64,000 bases of DNA from Acidobacteriota bacterium (GCA_040755995.1 JBFMAF010000036.1:96001-160000); one strand, 5' to 3'; shown: positions 10,745-21,127, counted from the stretch's first letter. Notes: generated by a model not told the origin, from the letters alone. Translations and numbers: made by a program.

Positions 10745-11455
10745 ATGACACCAGAACTCCACCAGGCGAAAAGCGAGCTCCGACTCGCGCAGCGGAGTCT
10801 ACCTAAGCCGACTGAGCACACTGGCTGTAATAATTGGTGCAACATCTGGATGTTGCTGGTCGGGGCGTGGTACGCACTGTGCAAGGCGGAGCCCTGGCTA
10901 GAGATCAGGCCGCTGCGCGACACGCTCCATATCGCTCATCGGACCGCCCTCGCACACCTCTCTGGCCGCAGCTTGCGAGAGCCACCGCCGGGTCCCGATA
11001 CATGGCATGCGGGCTTCTTCCTGATCTCCGCCGAGCATCGGCTGGCGGACGTGCTGGACCGGGTAACCGATCTGGCTGTCTCTGGCGCAAGAGGTGATTC
11101 ACCGCGATGTCTCTACTGCAGGCGGGCCATTCTTGCGCGACATTGTCCCCACTGCCCCAACCATCGCTTTTCTCCACGCACGCGCAGAGGTCTCGAGACC
11201 ACAGAAACGCTTTCGCCCCTGCTCAAGGTCTATCGAAGAGTCAACGAGATAAAGCACCGCGGGAGACAAGGAAGGTTTCTCCACCTGGCCACTGATGAGC
11301 GTTGGCATGCCTCCGTGGCGGCTGTGACCGAGGCCGCTCGCCTGCTGCGAGACTTGGCCGGGCATGCAAAGACCTGCAAAGGCTGGCACCAAGACGCCGG
11401 CCGAACCGGCTCCAATGCTTACAGCGATCCCGCGCCCATAGATTCGGCAGGGTGA
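10745..11455 (+). CDS. Hypothetical protein
   Basis: ~236-aa ORF with upstream GGAG; no recognisable domain. Confidence 0.4.
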   Translation: MTPELHQAKSELRLAQRSLPKPTEHTGCNNWCNIWMLLVGAWYALCKAEPWLEIRPLRDTLHIAHRTALAHLSGRSLREPPPGPDTWHAGFFLISAEHRLADVLDRVTDLAVSGARGDSPRCLYCRRAILARHCPHCPNHRFSPRTRRGLETTETLSPLLKVYRRVNEIKHRGRQGRFLHLATDERWHASVAAVTEAARLLRDLAGHAKTCKGWHQDAGRTGSNAYSDPAPIDSAG

Positions 11456-11707
11456 ACCCGAGGAATCCGGACCATTCGGAGGGGGTCGTGGCCAACGGGA
11501 GCCAAGATACCAACGCGGTCGAGACACTCAATCGCAGGAGGGGTTATGCGCAAGCCACGCACACGACAACTCGACGGACGAGAAGCGTCTGGCGCGGGTA
11601 CGGTGAGTATGCGTCGTCCCAGGTGTCGGCCATGCAATTACGTGGAGGGCGACTTCGGGTTGGCCCCGCCGTTGGGCCAGCCGAAACAGGCCTTGAGGTG
11701 AGGACAC

Positions 11708-12535
11708 ATGACGGAGGGTAAGACCGACAAGCCAGTAGTCTTTATCAGCCACGCAACATCCGACGGGGAATTTGCTAACGCAGTGAAGCAGGAGATTGAG
11801 AAGGTGTTTGCCAACCACGTGTCCGTCTTCTGCACCAGTTCTCCTGGCGCGATTCCGATTGGCGAGGACTGGCTGGCCGGAATCGAGCAGAAACTTGGCG
11901 TCTCCAGGGCAATGATAGCCATCATCACGCCTGTCTCGATTGAGCGTCCCTGGCTCTGGTTTGAGGTGGGGGCGACTTGGGCAAAAGGGCGAACCGGCGA
12001 ATGTCGGATTTACCCGTTGTGCGCCCCCGAGATAGACATCCCCTCTCTTCCCGCTCCTCTTGATCGCCTGCAAGCCCTGAGCATGGGCAAGGCCATTGAC
12101 CTGAAGCTGCTCTTCGAAGCTCTCATCGGGCAGTTTGGCTTTGGAATGGTGTCCTCCTTCAAGGCGTCCAACATCAAGAGGCGAATCCCGAAGTACAAAG
12201 ATGTCAAGATCGCCGATGCAGACCTGAACGAGAAAGCCTTTTACTCCGGACGGTACGCCGGATACGGAGACGACGAACTGATGGAGGTTATTGACACCGA
12301 GTTCTTCCATCCCGACGAAGAGTAACACCGCAAGTTCGACATGCTCCAGACCGGCCGGGAGGATCTCATTCGTCACGGGAAGCTCATCCACTTCCGCCAA
12401 GGTGACCAGAAACTCGATCTTCCGCCGGGAACAGCAAAGCGGCTCCTGAATCAGGTCGCGGCACGCTACAAATTGAAGCCGATACTAGAGAAGGAGAACA
12501 TGGTCCGATACCGTGGCAGGAACAGAACGGAATAG
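11708..12535 (+). pseudogene. TIR-domain protein interrupted by in-frame TAA (12323-12325)
   Basis: VFISHA, IGEDW, PWLWFEVGA TIR motifs; ORFs 11708-12325 and 12341-12535 share a frame with a single stop between. Confidence 0.8.
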
Positions 12536-12541
12536 TAGGAC

Positions 12542-12926
12542 ATGTCGCGCTCGGAATCGATCAGGGAGGAGGAGCGGGCGAAGCTGGAGCTTGTCGAGGG
12601 GCTGCGCAGCCGTGGGGGCATGGGGGCCGCGTTTGAGAAGGCGAACCTGAGGGCCGCTGATCTTCAGGGGGTGGCCCTCGACGAGGCGGATCTGCGGTGG
12701 TGCGGATTTGCGCTGGGTCAACTTGCAGCGGGCGAGTCTGTGCCGAGCCCGGATGCAGGACGCGAACCTGCACGGTGCGCGGCTGGAAGGTGCCGACATG
12801 CTCGGCGCGATCATCACTGGTGCCAACCTCGACCGCGCCAGGTTGGATCCGGTCACACGGCTCCCCGACGGCACCTTCTGGACTCCGGGTTGCGACCTGA
12901 GCAAGTACGGGGTGAAGGCTATATGA
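12542..12926 (+). pseudogene. Frameshifted pentapeptide-repeat protein
   Basis: ANLRA ADLQG..ADLRW continues as ADLRW VNLQR ASLCR..ANLDR after one extra base near 12700. Confidence 0.8.
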
Positions 12927-12991
12927 CGGCGCGCCCCCGCCGGCAGAGTGACCCCGACGACCTTGTCCGAGAACGCGGGTAGTGGGCGCGG

Positions 12992-13183
12992 GATTCCCAA
13001 TTCGATCAACAAGCGAAGAAGTTCCCTGCTGGACCGGTCGGGGGCCTTCTCTGCCACACCATCCCAATTCACCTGGAGATGCATCTCCAAGTCGTGACGC
13101 TCAATGGGTACCTGTGGATGAATCGCTCTCAGGGCCGCACGGACATGCTTCTTCCAGGGGAACTCCTCGTTCTTGATCTCCTG
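12992..13183 (-). repeat. 192-bp diverged copy of 8038-8229 (P-loop NTPase 3' fragment)
   Basis: Ungapped alignment, about 27 mismatches by manual count, many at synonymous positions. Confidence 0.9.
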
Positions 13184-13628
13184 GTCTCTTCGGCGACCAC
13201 GTTGCAGAGCTGTTGGGTTTACTCCTCGACAAGACGCACGGCCTTCTCGAGCAGTTCGATGAGCTCCGGCCCCTGCTCTTCAGACTGCGTCTGACTCCTC
13301 GACGCACTCATGGGTTCGTCCACGGGTGGTCGTCCCACGACCGGAGGAGCCGGCCATGATATCGCACCACGGATCGCCGCCTGGCAGCGAGCCCGGGCGC
13401 CATTCACTCGGTCCGCCGCCGTGATCCGGATCGTCGTGGCAGTCGCCGAGAAGTACTGCATGTCCACCGCCCAGAGCCCCCCGAGAATCCTGGCGAAAAG
13501 CGCGATGATCAAAGGAATCGCGAGACCCACGCTGCCTGCCCTGATGACCATTTGTTTCCTCCGCAGGAGAGTTGGAGAGTCGCCCTGTCTTGCTCGAAGC
13601 CTGCCCGGTGGGTCTGGTCGATCCGAGA

Positions 13629-14176
13629 TGAAAGTCGGGCTTCCATACCTCGTCGCCCCCACGAGAATTCTACGCCAAATGACTCGATTGCACTACACCC
13701 AGGATTCAGTTCAACTGCCGCTGGGTCCAGCTTCCGGATGCGGAGAATTGATAGAATACCTGCGCAACAGGAGAAGCGCCGTGTGGGAATACAGGAAAAC
13801 CGACCATGCACCCATGGACTTGATGGGTTGGATGGAAGACAGGCTTGTGGCCGAGCTTGGACGCCCGCTGAGCAGGTCCCAGGGGAGCACGTGGCGGGCG
13901 CCCGATGGGAACCTCGTAACCAATGGGCCCGACGACGGGAGCTACGTCGATGAGGAAGAAGAGCATGCCGGATACTCCGATTTCATCCCGCTCGGGACAG
14001 CATTTCAGTTCTGGTGCTTCGATCATGTCTTGTCGCCCGGCCACAGCGGATTGGATCCCGACAGCAACTGCCCATATGACGATTCGGAGACCTGGGAGAC
14101 CTACATGGTTCGCGACGAATCCGGTGTGTACAAAGTCATCGACGTCAAGGTCTACGACTCGGACATGCTGTTCTAG
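13629..14176 (+). CDS. Hypothetical acidic protein or gene remnant
   Basis: Protein-like acidic C-terminal half within ORF 13310-14176; start unclear. Confidence 0.35.
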
Positions 14177-14224
14177 AGCGGTGATGAGAGGGCGCATGCG
14201 GCGCGACTTCGAGAGCAACACGAG

Positions 14225-16348
14225 ATGAAAGAATGCCCTCGCTGCGGTCTCTGCGCGGATGACTCCGTAAGCATCTGCCCCGAGGACGACGGCGTGCTTC
14301 TCGCGGCACTCGACGGTCCGCCCTTGATCGACCGTAAGTATCAGCTGCGACGAGTTCTCGGTCGAGGCGGCATGGGGACGGTCTACCTTGCCCTTCACGT
14401 GCAACTGCAAAAGGACTTCGCCCTGAAGCTCATCCTGCCCCAGCGCGCCCATGACTCGGAGTTCCTCCGGAGATTCCGGGTCGAGGCGGAGGCGCTCGGG
14501 AGGCTGAATCATCCGTCGATCGTGGCCGTGACCGACTTCGGAGTCGACGAGAGACACGGTGGACTGCCGTACCTCGTCATGGAGTATGTGCCCGGCGATA
14601 AGCTCACCACGACTGTAGAAGAGGGACCGGTGCCGGTCGATGAAGCGATCCCGATCCTGCGGGACGTAGCCGCGGCACTCGACGCGGCCCACCATGCCGG
14701 CGTCCTCCATCGCGACCTCAAGCCTGACAATGTCATCTTGCAGCGTGGACCGACAGGCAGGCTCGCCAAGGTGCTCGACTTCGGACTCGCGTTGTTGTCA
14801 CACCCCTCGGCTGTGGCCGCGCCGCCGGATCGCTTCAAAGCTGTCGGTACGCCGGAAGACGTCGCCCGACCGGCTGCCTCGTCCGAGCCGCAGTCGACGC
14901 GCTTCGGTGTCATCGTCGGAACCGCGGCCTATCTCGCCCCAGAGGCGATACGGGCCCGGCATGAAACAAGCTCCGACATCTACTCCCTCGCGGTCATCGC
15001 CTACGAGATGCTCACGGGTCGCCGGCCGTTCACCGGCTCGCACGAGGAGCTCATCGAGCAGCATCTTTCGTTGATGCCGGCCAGGCCGTCGTCGGTGTGC
15101 CCGGGCCTCCCAGCTGAGCTGGATGCCCCGTTGTTGCAAGCTCTCGACAAGGATCCGGCCCGCAGGCCCAAGCAGGCACGGGAGTTGGTGGCGAGGCTGG
15201 AGAACGCCTGGGTGCAGAGTCGCCGCCGGTCTTGGAGGGCAAGGGAGATTCCCAGGCGCGCGGGCGTAGCAGCCGGTTTGGCTTTGCTCTTCGTCTACCT
15301 CTGTCTGCTCGCACCTAGAGCACCCGCAGTGCGCCTGCTGGAGGATCTGGTTCTGGACGGCTGGTTCTATCTGACACCCGCAACGCCGATTGATTCGCGC
15401 ATCGCGATCGTGATGGTCCCGGACGCCTTCTGGACGCCGGCGGGGCTGGATGACGCGGAGGCGTTTGCGTCGGGCCTGGAGCGTCTGTACGATGCCGGCG
15501 CGCTCGTCGTCCTCGTCGATCTCATACTCCCGGAGCGCTTCGGAGCATCCGCCGGCTTCGCCAGAAGCGTTCTGCGGCATCGCGAGCAAATAGCACTGTC
15601 GGCCGCGGTCACCGAAGGTGGACTGCTGCGCGGATCGGAGTGCATCTCGGGTTTCATTGCGGCCTCGCTGACTCCCGCCGAAGCCGCGGATCTCTTCGCC
15701 GTGGCTTCGCTGGATGAAGAGCCGGACGCGCGCGTGCGCCGCTACGCTCTTCAGTATCGCCACGCGGACGGCAGCACGCGGCCGTCTCTCGCAGCGCGTG
15801 GCTGGCAGCTTGCAGGTGGAGTCCTTGGCGGCGCGAGCGACTTTCGCCCCGACTTCAGCGGCGATTGGCGGTCCGGCGTCGTCGAGTGGCCGGCGATCGA
15901 GCGGCTGTTGGCGCAGCGACCGCGGTTCTTCCAACATCGAATGGTCCTTGTCGGTGGAACATCGGAGCTCGGCGACGACGTCCATCGGGTGCCGCATCCG
16001 CGGTCGCTTCCGCAGTACGTCCCCGGCGTTGCGATCCACGCCGTAGCTCTGTCCGCGCTCGCGAGCGGCAGGGCCGTGCGAACGTTCGGTGGACCGCTGT
16101 TCTACATGGCGCTCGGGTTGCCCGCGGCGGCTCTGTGGATGGCCATGCTGTGGTTCGGGCCCCGGGCGCTGGTGTGGACGACACACGTACTTGGGGTCGG
16201 CGCGCTGCCGGCGTTTGCGTTCACGTCATTCCGGCTTTGGCGTTCAGCGCCGCCGGTAGCGGCTCCGATTGCAGTTTTCATCGTTCTCACGCTGGCGGCC
16301 TGGGCAATCGGGCGCAGGTTGCCACAGTTCCCATCTGTGGAGATTTGA
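14225..16348 (+). CDS. Ser/Thr kinase with N-terminal Zn ribbon and CHASE2 sensor domain
   Basis: CPRC..CPED; GRGGMGTVY, HRDLKPDN, DFG, APE; TM; CHASE2-like motifs (RIAIV, DARVRRY, VLVG, PGVAIHA) and three C-terminal TMs. Confidence 0.9.
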   Translation: MKECPRCGLCADDSVSICPEDDGVLLAALDGPPLIDRKYQLRRVLGRGGMGTVYLALHVQLQKDFALKLILPQRAHDSEFLRRFRVEAEALGRLNHPSIVAVTDFGVDERHGGLPYLVMEYVPGDKLTTTVEEGPVPVDEAIPILRDVAAALDAAHHAGVLHRDLKPDNVILQRGPTGRLAKVLDFGLALLSHPSAVAAPPDRFKAVGTPEDVARPAASSEPQSTRFGVIVGTAAYLAPEAIRARHETSSDIYSLAVIAYEMLTGRRPFTGSHEELIEQHLSLMPARPSSVCPGLPAELDAPLLQALDKDPARRPKQARELVARLENAWVQSRRRSWRAREIPRRAGVAAGLALLFVYLCLLAPRAPAVRLLEDLVLDGWFYLTPATPIDSRIAIVMVPDAFWTPAGLDDAEAFASGLERLYDAGALVVLVDLILPERFGASAGFARSVLRHREQIALSAAVTEGGLLRGSECISGFIAASLTPAEAADLFAVASLDEEPDARVRRYALQYRHADGSTRPSLAARGWQLAGGVLGGASDFRPDFSGDWRSGVVEWPAIERLLAQRPRFFQHRMVLVGGTSELGDDVHRVPHPRSLPQYVPGVAIHAVALSALASGRAVRTFGGPLFYMALGLPAAALWMAMLWFGPRALVWTTHVLGVGALPAFAFTSFRLWRSAPPVAAPIAVFIVLTLAAWAIGRRLPQFPSVEI

Positions 16349-17755
16349 ATGATCGAGAGCATCAAGACACGGCTGTGGGACAAGCTCAAGGAGAAGGAGG
16401 TGTCGCTCGCGATGCTCTACGGCAGAGACGGGCGGATCCTCTGGCATCGGGGCCGCGATGTATCGGGCAAGACTGTGCAGGATGCCGAGGGGTTTTCGAA
16501 GACCTACGTGCTGAAGAGCATCGAGGGCGGCGGTGTGGTGGAAAAGGAAGACGTCTTCATTGCGCTGTCTGGGCGGGACCTTCCGGTCTCCGCACATACG
16601 CTGCGCGTGAAGAGCCTAATCATCCAGCAGGTGGACCCGGAGCTCTTCCTGTACGTCGACAGCGGCAATCGAGAGTCGTTCGACTCGACGGATCGAGAGG
16701 TTGTGCGGGTCGTCGGCGAGTTGCTGGGAGAGACGATCCGCAGCATCAAGGGCAAGGGTGCCGGAATTGCCGGCGGCAGTGCCGCCATGGCGAGACTGAG
16801 AGAGCAGATGCTGCGCTATTCCCTGGAAGAGGAGCCCGTCCTGCTGATGGGCGAGACCGGGGTCGGGAAGAATCACGTCGCACAGAACATTCACGAGTTC
16901 TCCGGGCGCAAGGGCGCGTTCGTCGTGGTCCACACGCCCACGATCCCGGAGAACCTGTTCGAGAGCGAGCTCTTCGGCCACCGGCGCGGGGCTTTCACGG
17001 GAGCCGCACAGGACAAGAAGGGGCTGGTCGAAGAGGCCGAGAGCGGGACGCTGTTCATGGACGAGATCGCAGAAGTGCCTGTGGCATTCCAGGCGAAGCT
17101 GCTCCAGTTTCTCGACACCCGCAAGTACCGCGTGCTCGGCGACACGCGCGAGCGCACCGCCGATGTGCGCATCATCGCCGCCACCAACCAGGACGTCGAC
17201 GACGCCATCAAGGCGAAGCGGTTCAGAGAGGACCTCTTCTTCCGCCTGAACGTTCTCCCGATCCGGATCCCGCCGCTGCGCGAGCGCAAGGAGGACATCC
17301 GGGACCTCATTCAGGCACAAGCGGAGAGGCTGCGCGGGAAACGGCTTGAAGGGGCTTTCTGGGAGGCGGTGCTGAACTATGACTGGCCGGGGAACGTGCG
17401 CGAGCTGATCAACGTGTTGACGCGGGCCGGAATCGAGTTCGACGGGCCGGCAATCGGCTCCGAAATCCGAACTCTATTCAGGCACGGATGCGATCAGCGC
17501 GAATCTGGACCCGCAGATGTGCTCGATACGCATCGACGACGCATAGGACAGGGGGAGAGCTTCTGGGATACCGCTTGGCGCGCATTCATGGAGAGGGAGC
17601 TCAATCGCGCAGAGCTCAAGGCCTTTCTCGGGAAATACTACGCCGAGAGTGACCAGAATCTGAAGCGAATGTGCGAGACTCTGAACATCGCCAACGAGGA
17701 CTACCCGCGGTTCGTCTCGGCCCTGCACCGCTACGGCATCCATCCGAAGAAGTGA
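16349..17755 (+). CDS. sigma54-dependent enhancer-binding protein
   Basis: GETGVGK, ESELFGH, GAFTGA, FMDEI, FREDLFFRL, WPGNVREL; no receiver domain; starts directly after kinase stop. Confidence 0.93.
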   Translation: MIESIKTRLWDKLKEKEVSLAMLYGRDGRILWHRGRDVSGKTVQDAEGFSKTYVLKSIEGGGVVEKEDVFIALSGRDLPVSAHTLRVKSLIIQQVDPELFLYVDSGNRESFDSTDREVVRVVGELLGETIRSIKGKGAGIAGGSAAMARLREQMLRYSLEEEPVLLMGETGVGKNHVAQNIHEFSGRKGAFVVVHTPTIPENLFESELFGHRRGAFTGAAQDKKGLVEEAESGTLFMDEIAEVPVAFQAKLLQFLDTRKYRVLGDTRERTADVRIIAATNQDVDDAIKAKRFREDLFFRLNVLPIRIPPLRERKEDIRDLIQAQAERLRGKRLEGAFWEAVLNYDWPGNVRELINVLTRAGIEFDGPAIGSEIRTLFRHGCDQRESGPADVLDTHRRRIGQGESFWDTAWRAFMERELNRAELKAFLGKYYAESDQNLKRMCETLNIANEDYPRFVSALHRYGIHPKK

Positions 17756-17762
17756 GGTGGCC

Positions 17763-19349
17763 ATGCCAACGAGAGATTCAGGACTCGACCATCGGCTCGG
17801 GTGTGGAACACCAACGCGAGAGGTTCCGAGGTCGCGTGGCGGCAGCCAAAGCGTGGTGTGGGCCGTGCTGTTGCTGGCCGCGATTGGGTTGGCAGAACCG
17901 GTGAGCCGTGGCCCGGAAACTGCTGCAGCCGCCGAAGAGCCGGCAATCTCGCCGCTGGACCTCCATCGCATCGAAGAGGCTTACCATCTGACCGACGTCC
18001 TCGGCGACGAGCTATGGCCGACGTTCGACCTGCGTAAGGTGCCGATCGTCGTGAACAACCGCAACGTGGAGGAGATCCTGATCGGCCATCCAAACCCGCC
18101 TCCGGAGTTTAGACTTTGGGAAGGGCGCATGGTCGGAGGGAATCCGGTCTATCGGAGAGAAGGCTGCACTCGGTACGGCCCGAAGTCGGGCGGGTGGGCT
18201 GTCTCGCTCGGTGGCGCCGAGTGCGCGTACGTTGGAGTCAAGCAGCACGGACCCACCGAAGAGTACCTTCTTCTGCTCCTGCACGAGGGGTTTCACGTGT
18301 TCCAGACAGCGGATCGGCCCAGTTCGGAGGCTGCCCAGGAGGACCCGCCCGAGGATGACGCGGTTTACTCGGCGATGCTCGGTCTCGAGGCCCGGATCAT
18401 CCATGAAGCGCTGATCACCAAGGATGACCAGGAAGCGCGACGCCTGGCCTGCATGTTCGTCGCGGTGCGCCGCGAGCGCAGGAGACCGCTGGCCGAGGAC
18501 GTGGTCAGAAGCGAGATCGAGTCCGAGTACGCCGAAGGCACCGCCACCTACACGGGTGCCCGCGTCGCACAGCTGCTTGCAGGGAGAGGCGGGATCAAGC
18601 CCGTATACCCCGGTGAGGACCCGGACTACAAAGGTTTCGCCATGGCATCCGAGTCGTACAACGAGCATCTTGAGAGCCTCATTCCTCAGCCCGGCGTCCC
18701 GCTGTCGTTCGATCACGGCATGTACGAGATCGGGATGGCGCAGGGGCTAGTTCTCGATCGCTTCCGCCCGGCGTGGAAGAAGGAGATCGCCGAGCCAGAC
18801 TGCTCGCAGGCCACGCTCATGGAGAGGACCTTCAAGCTGTCGGAGGTCGAGTGCGATGTGCTGGTCAAGCACGCGAAGGAGCGTTTTCTCTACCGCCACA
18901 TTCTCGAAGAGCAGACCGCAGAAGTGAACGAGCGCAAAGCCATCATCCGCGGCTATGTCGAGGCCAAAGGACGAACGTACAGAGTCCTTCACGGCGAGAT
19001 CGCGGGCAGGTTCAAGTGGCAGCCCGCAGGTCCCGTCTATCGCGACGGCGATCGCACGATCTGGGCCGGAGGTCTCCGGCGATTCGAAAAGGGCCCGCTG
19101 CTTTTCGAGTCTCGTGAGGTTCCCATCATCTTCAGCGTGGAATCAATCGAGTGGGTCGACACCCAGCCTGATCCGGAAGGGAAGGACATGAATATCTCCT
19201 GCAGCGAACGGTCAGGAGACATCTTCGACGGCCTCGTGATGGAGACCGATGGCTTCCGCCTGCAGATCCCGCGGGCGCGCCTGGAGATAGGCAAGGATCT
19301 CGTCACGGTTCAACCGATGGAGACCGCGCCGCAGACGTCCGGTCACTGA
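17763..19349 (+). CDS. Secreted putative gluzincin-type metallopeptidase
   Basis: Hydrophobic signal, HEGFH (HEXXH) and downstream AEGTATY. Confidence 0.65.
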   Translation: MPTRDSGLDHRLGCGTPTREVPRSRGGSQSVVWAVLLLAAIGLAEPVSRGPETAAAAEEPAISPLDLHRIEEAYHLTDVLGDELWPTFDLRKVPIVVNNRNVEEILIGHPNPPPEFRLWEGRMVGGNPVYRREGCTRYGPKSGGWAVSLGGAECAYVGVKQHGPTEEYLLLLLHEGFHVFQTADRPSSEAAQEDPPEDDAVYSAMLGLEARIIHEALITKDDQEARRLACMFVAVRRERRRPLAEDVVRSEIESEYAEGTATYTGARVAQLLAGRGGIKPVYPGEDPDYKGFAMASESYNEHLESLIPQPGVPLSFDHGMYEIGMAQGLVLDRFRPAWKKEIAEPDCSQATLMERTFKLSEVECDVLVKHAKERFLYRHILEEQTAEVNERKAIIRGYVEAKGRTYRVLHGEIAGRFKWQPAGPVYRDGDRTIWAGGLRRFEKGPLLFESREVPIIFSVESIEWVDTQPDPEGKDMNISCSERSGDIFDGLVMETDGFRLQIPRARLEIGKDLVTVQPMETAPQTSGH

Positions 19350-19372
19350 GCTGCGCAGACCCTTCGCAGCTC
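19348..19372 (+). terminator. Stem-loop after peptidase gene
   Basis: gagctgcg...cgcagctc 8-bp stem; no U-tract. Confidence 0.35.
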
Positions 19373-19494
19373 CACGAAATCCGGCATGCTCGTACGGGTA
19401 TGCGGAATGGCAAACCGTGTATGCGCCCTGGTCCGCCGCATGGACCTCCTCGTGCATCTCCAAGATAGTGCGGGCGGGGGCTCGCCCAGCCGTG

Positions 19495-19511
19495 TTGGCA
19501 CGCGCCCCGCA
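19495..19511 (+). promoter_or_regulatory. sigma54 -24/-12 promoter
   Basis: TTGGCACGCGCCCCGCA: TGGCACG with GG-N10-GC spacing, ~27 nt before ATG 19538. Confidence 0.65.
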
Positions 19512-19537
19512 ATAGGACCCGCTGAAAAGGAGGACAA

Positions 19538-20071
19538 ATGAACTACAAGATCTGGCTGATGTTGCTGCTGGCGGCTGCCGCCCTCTGGGTGAGCGCGGGG
19601 GAAATGCAAGCCGCCGAAAACGTGCACTTCTTCGCCAAGGTGGGCATCGACGTCTCGTCGGACTACTCTCCACTTGGCGGCTTCGGAGATCGGTTCAACT
19701 TCGCCGGTGGCGCTGATATCACGGTAGGCGAGATGTTCGAGATCGGCCCGGAGCTGCTGTATCACCGTATCGGCGTAGAGGGCCACGATGGCATCAATGA
19801 GATCGACGGAGCCGTGAGCTTCAGGGTCGCACCCAAGCTCTCCGGCAGCATCCAGCCGTATGGATTCGGGGGAGCCGGGTTCTACCACGTGGGAGATTCG
19901 AATGGGGCCCTCATACAGGCAGGCGGCGGCTTCCGATTCACCACGAAGCCGCAGATCTTCATCGAAGGCGCCTGGCATCACTACGCGGGCGGCTTCGCCA
20001 CCAGCGCCGGTGGCGGCTACTCATTCGTCGGGTCCAACAACTTCGTCATCTTCGGCGGCGTGCGGTTCTAG
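19538..20071 (+). CDS. Small outer-membrane beta-barrel protein
   Basis: AGGAGG RBS, signal peptide, PYGFGGAG strand, C-terminal GVRF. Confidence 0.85.
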   Translation: MNYKIWLMLLLAAAALWVSAGEMQAAENVHFFAKVGIDVSSDYSPLGGFGDRFNFAGGADITVGEMFEIGPELLYHRIGVEGHDGINEIDGAVSFRVAPKLSGSIQPYGFGGAGFYHVGDSNGALIQAGGGFRFTTKPQIFIEGAWHHYAGGFATSAGGGYSFVGSNNFVIFGGVRF

Positions 20072-20111
20072 ACAAGCCCGCACGGCGCGGGCAATCAGAA
20101 GGAGGATCACA

Positions 20112-20216
20112 ATGCGCCCATTGAGGATCGCAGTCCTGGCGTGCCTCTGCGCCTCGTCGGTCTCCTGGACAGCCGCAGCGGATGCGCCGCAGACTCAGGT
20201 CGGAGGTCCGATCTAG
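20112..20216 (+). pseudogene. Signal-peptide-only stub
   Basis: GGAGG RBS; MRPLRIAVLACLCASSVSWTAAA then stop at codon 35. Confidence 0.5.
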
Positions 20217-20305
20217 GCGCTCGTTGGCGCGGACGAATCGCATCCCGCAAGACAGCGTGTCGCCCGGTTGCCGCGCTCGGCAACCGGGCGAGCCGTTTCG
20301 AATGG

Positions 20306-21127
20306 CTATTTCAGGTCGGTGTGATACCGGCGACCACCGAACGACGAGTTGGTCTCGGTGACCAGGGTCATGGTCCGAGTGACGCCCCTTGAATCTACGT
20401 ACTCGACCTTGAGGGTCGCCCAGTTGTGACCGCCCGCGTATCCGGCCACGGGGAGGGTGTTGCGCGAGTGGCGTTCGGGGACGATGCTCTTGATCCGCAC
20501 TTTGGAGCCTGCTGCCTGCAGGTGCGCGTTGGCGGTGTCTTTCAAGAACTGAACGTTCTTGGTGTTGACGCGGCCGTTTCTGTCCTTGAGTTGATCGGCC
20601 CACTGCCCGCAGTCGATCCACTTGTGGTCGGTGGTGAGGCCGGTGCCGAGCTTCTTGTAGTGGGCCAGTGCCTGGGGTTCGATCTGGTCCAGCACGTTCT
20701 TGACGGCGCGCGACGCCACCGTCTTGTCATTCCCCTTGAGGTTGTTCGACTGATTGATCTTGCCGTTGGTGAAGTCGTAGCCGGTCTTCGGCGCAGTGGT
20801 CTTGCCGGCGGTTTGCGAAGTCGTCACGGACTTGGCCGTCGTCGACTGGGTCGTCGACCGGCCCGTCGAGAACACGGAATGCCGTGCCCATGTCTCACCA
20901 GCGGCTCCTGCCTTTTCGAAGGTATCCTTGGGCGCGACGTAAGCCTTGGGGGAGCTCTTCTGCGTCGAGCTCGCGCCGGCGTCGCGTACTGCCACCACAA
21001 CCGAGGACGGCCCCTGTACGCGCGGACCTATCTTCATCGGCAACTGTCCTGCCTTCTGGTGATTCGGGTACGGAAGGCTCGGCAGCTGGGGCGGCTTCAT
21101 CGGTAGGGTGCTCATAATCTTGGACAT
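20306..21127 (-). CDS. Hypothetical protein, disordered N-terminus with possible Cys-His catalytic domain
   Basis: AGGAGG RBS; P/S/T/K-rich first half; DCGQWA and HNW motifs. Confidence 0.75.
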   Translation of the reverse strand: MSKIMSTLPMKPPQLPSLPYPNHQKAGQLPMKIGPRVQGPSSVVVAVRDAGASSTQKSSPKAYVAPKDTFEKAGAAGETWARHSVFSTGRSTTQSTTAKSVTTSQTAGKTTAPKTGYDFTNGKINQSNNLKGNDKTVASRAVKNVLDQIEPQALAHYKKLGTGLTTDHKWIDCGQWADQLKDRNGRVNTKNVQFLKDTANAHLQAAGSKVRIKSIVPERHSRNTLPVAGYAGGHNWATLKVEYVDSRGVTRTMTLVTETNSSFGGRRYHTDLK

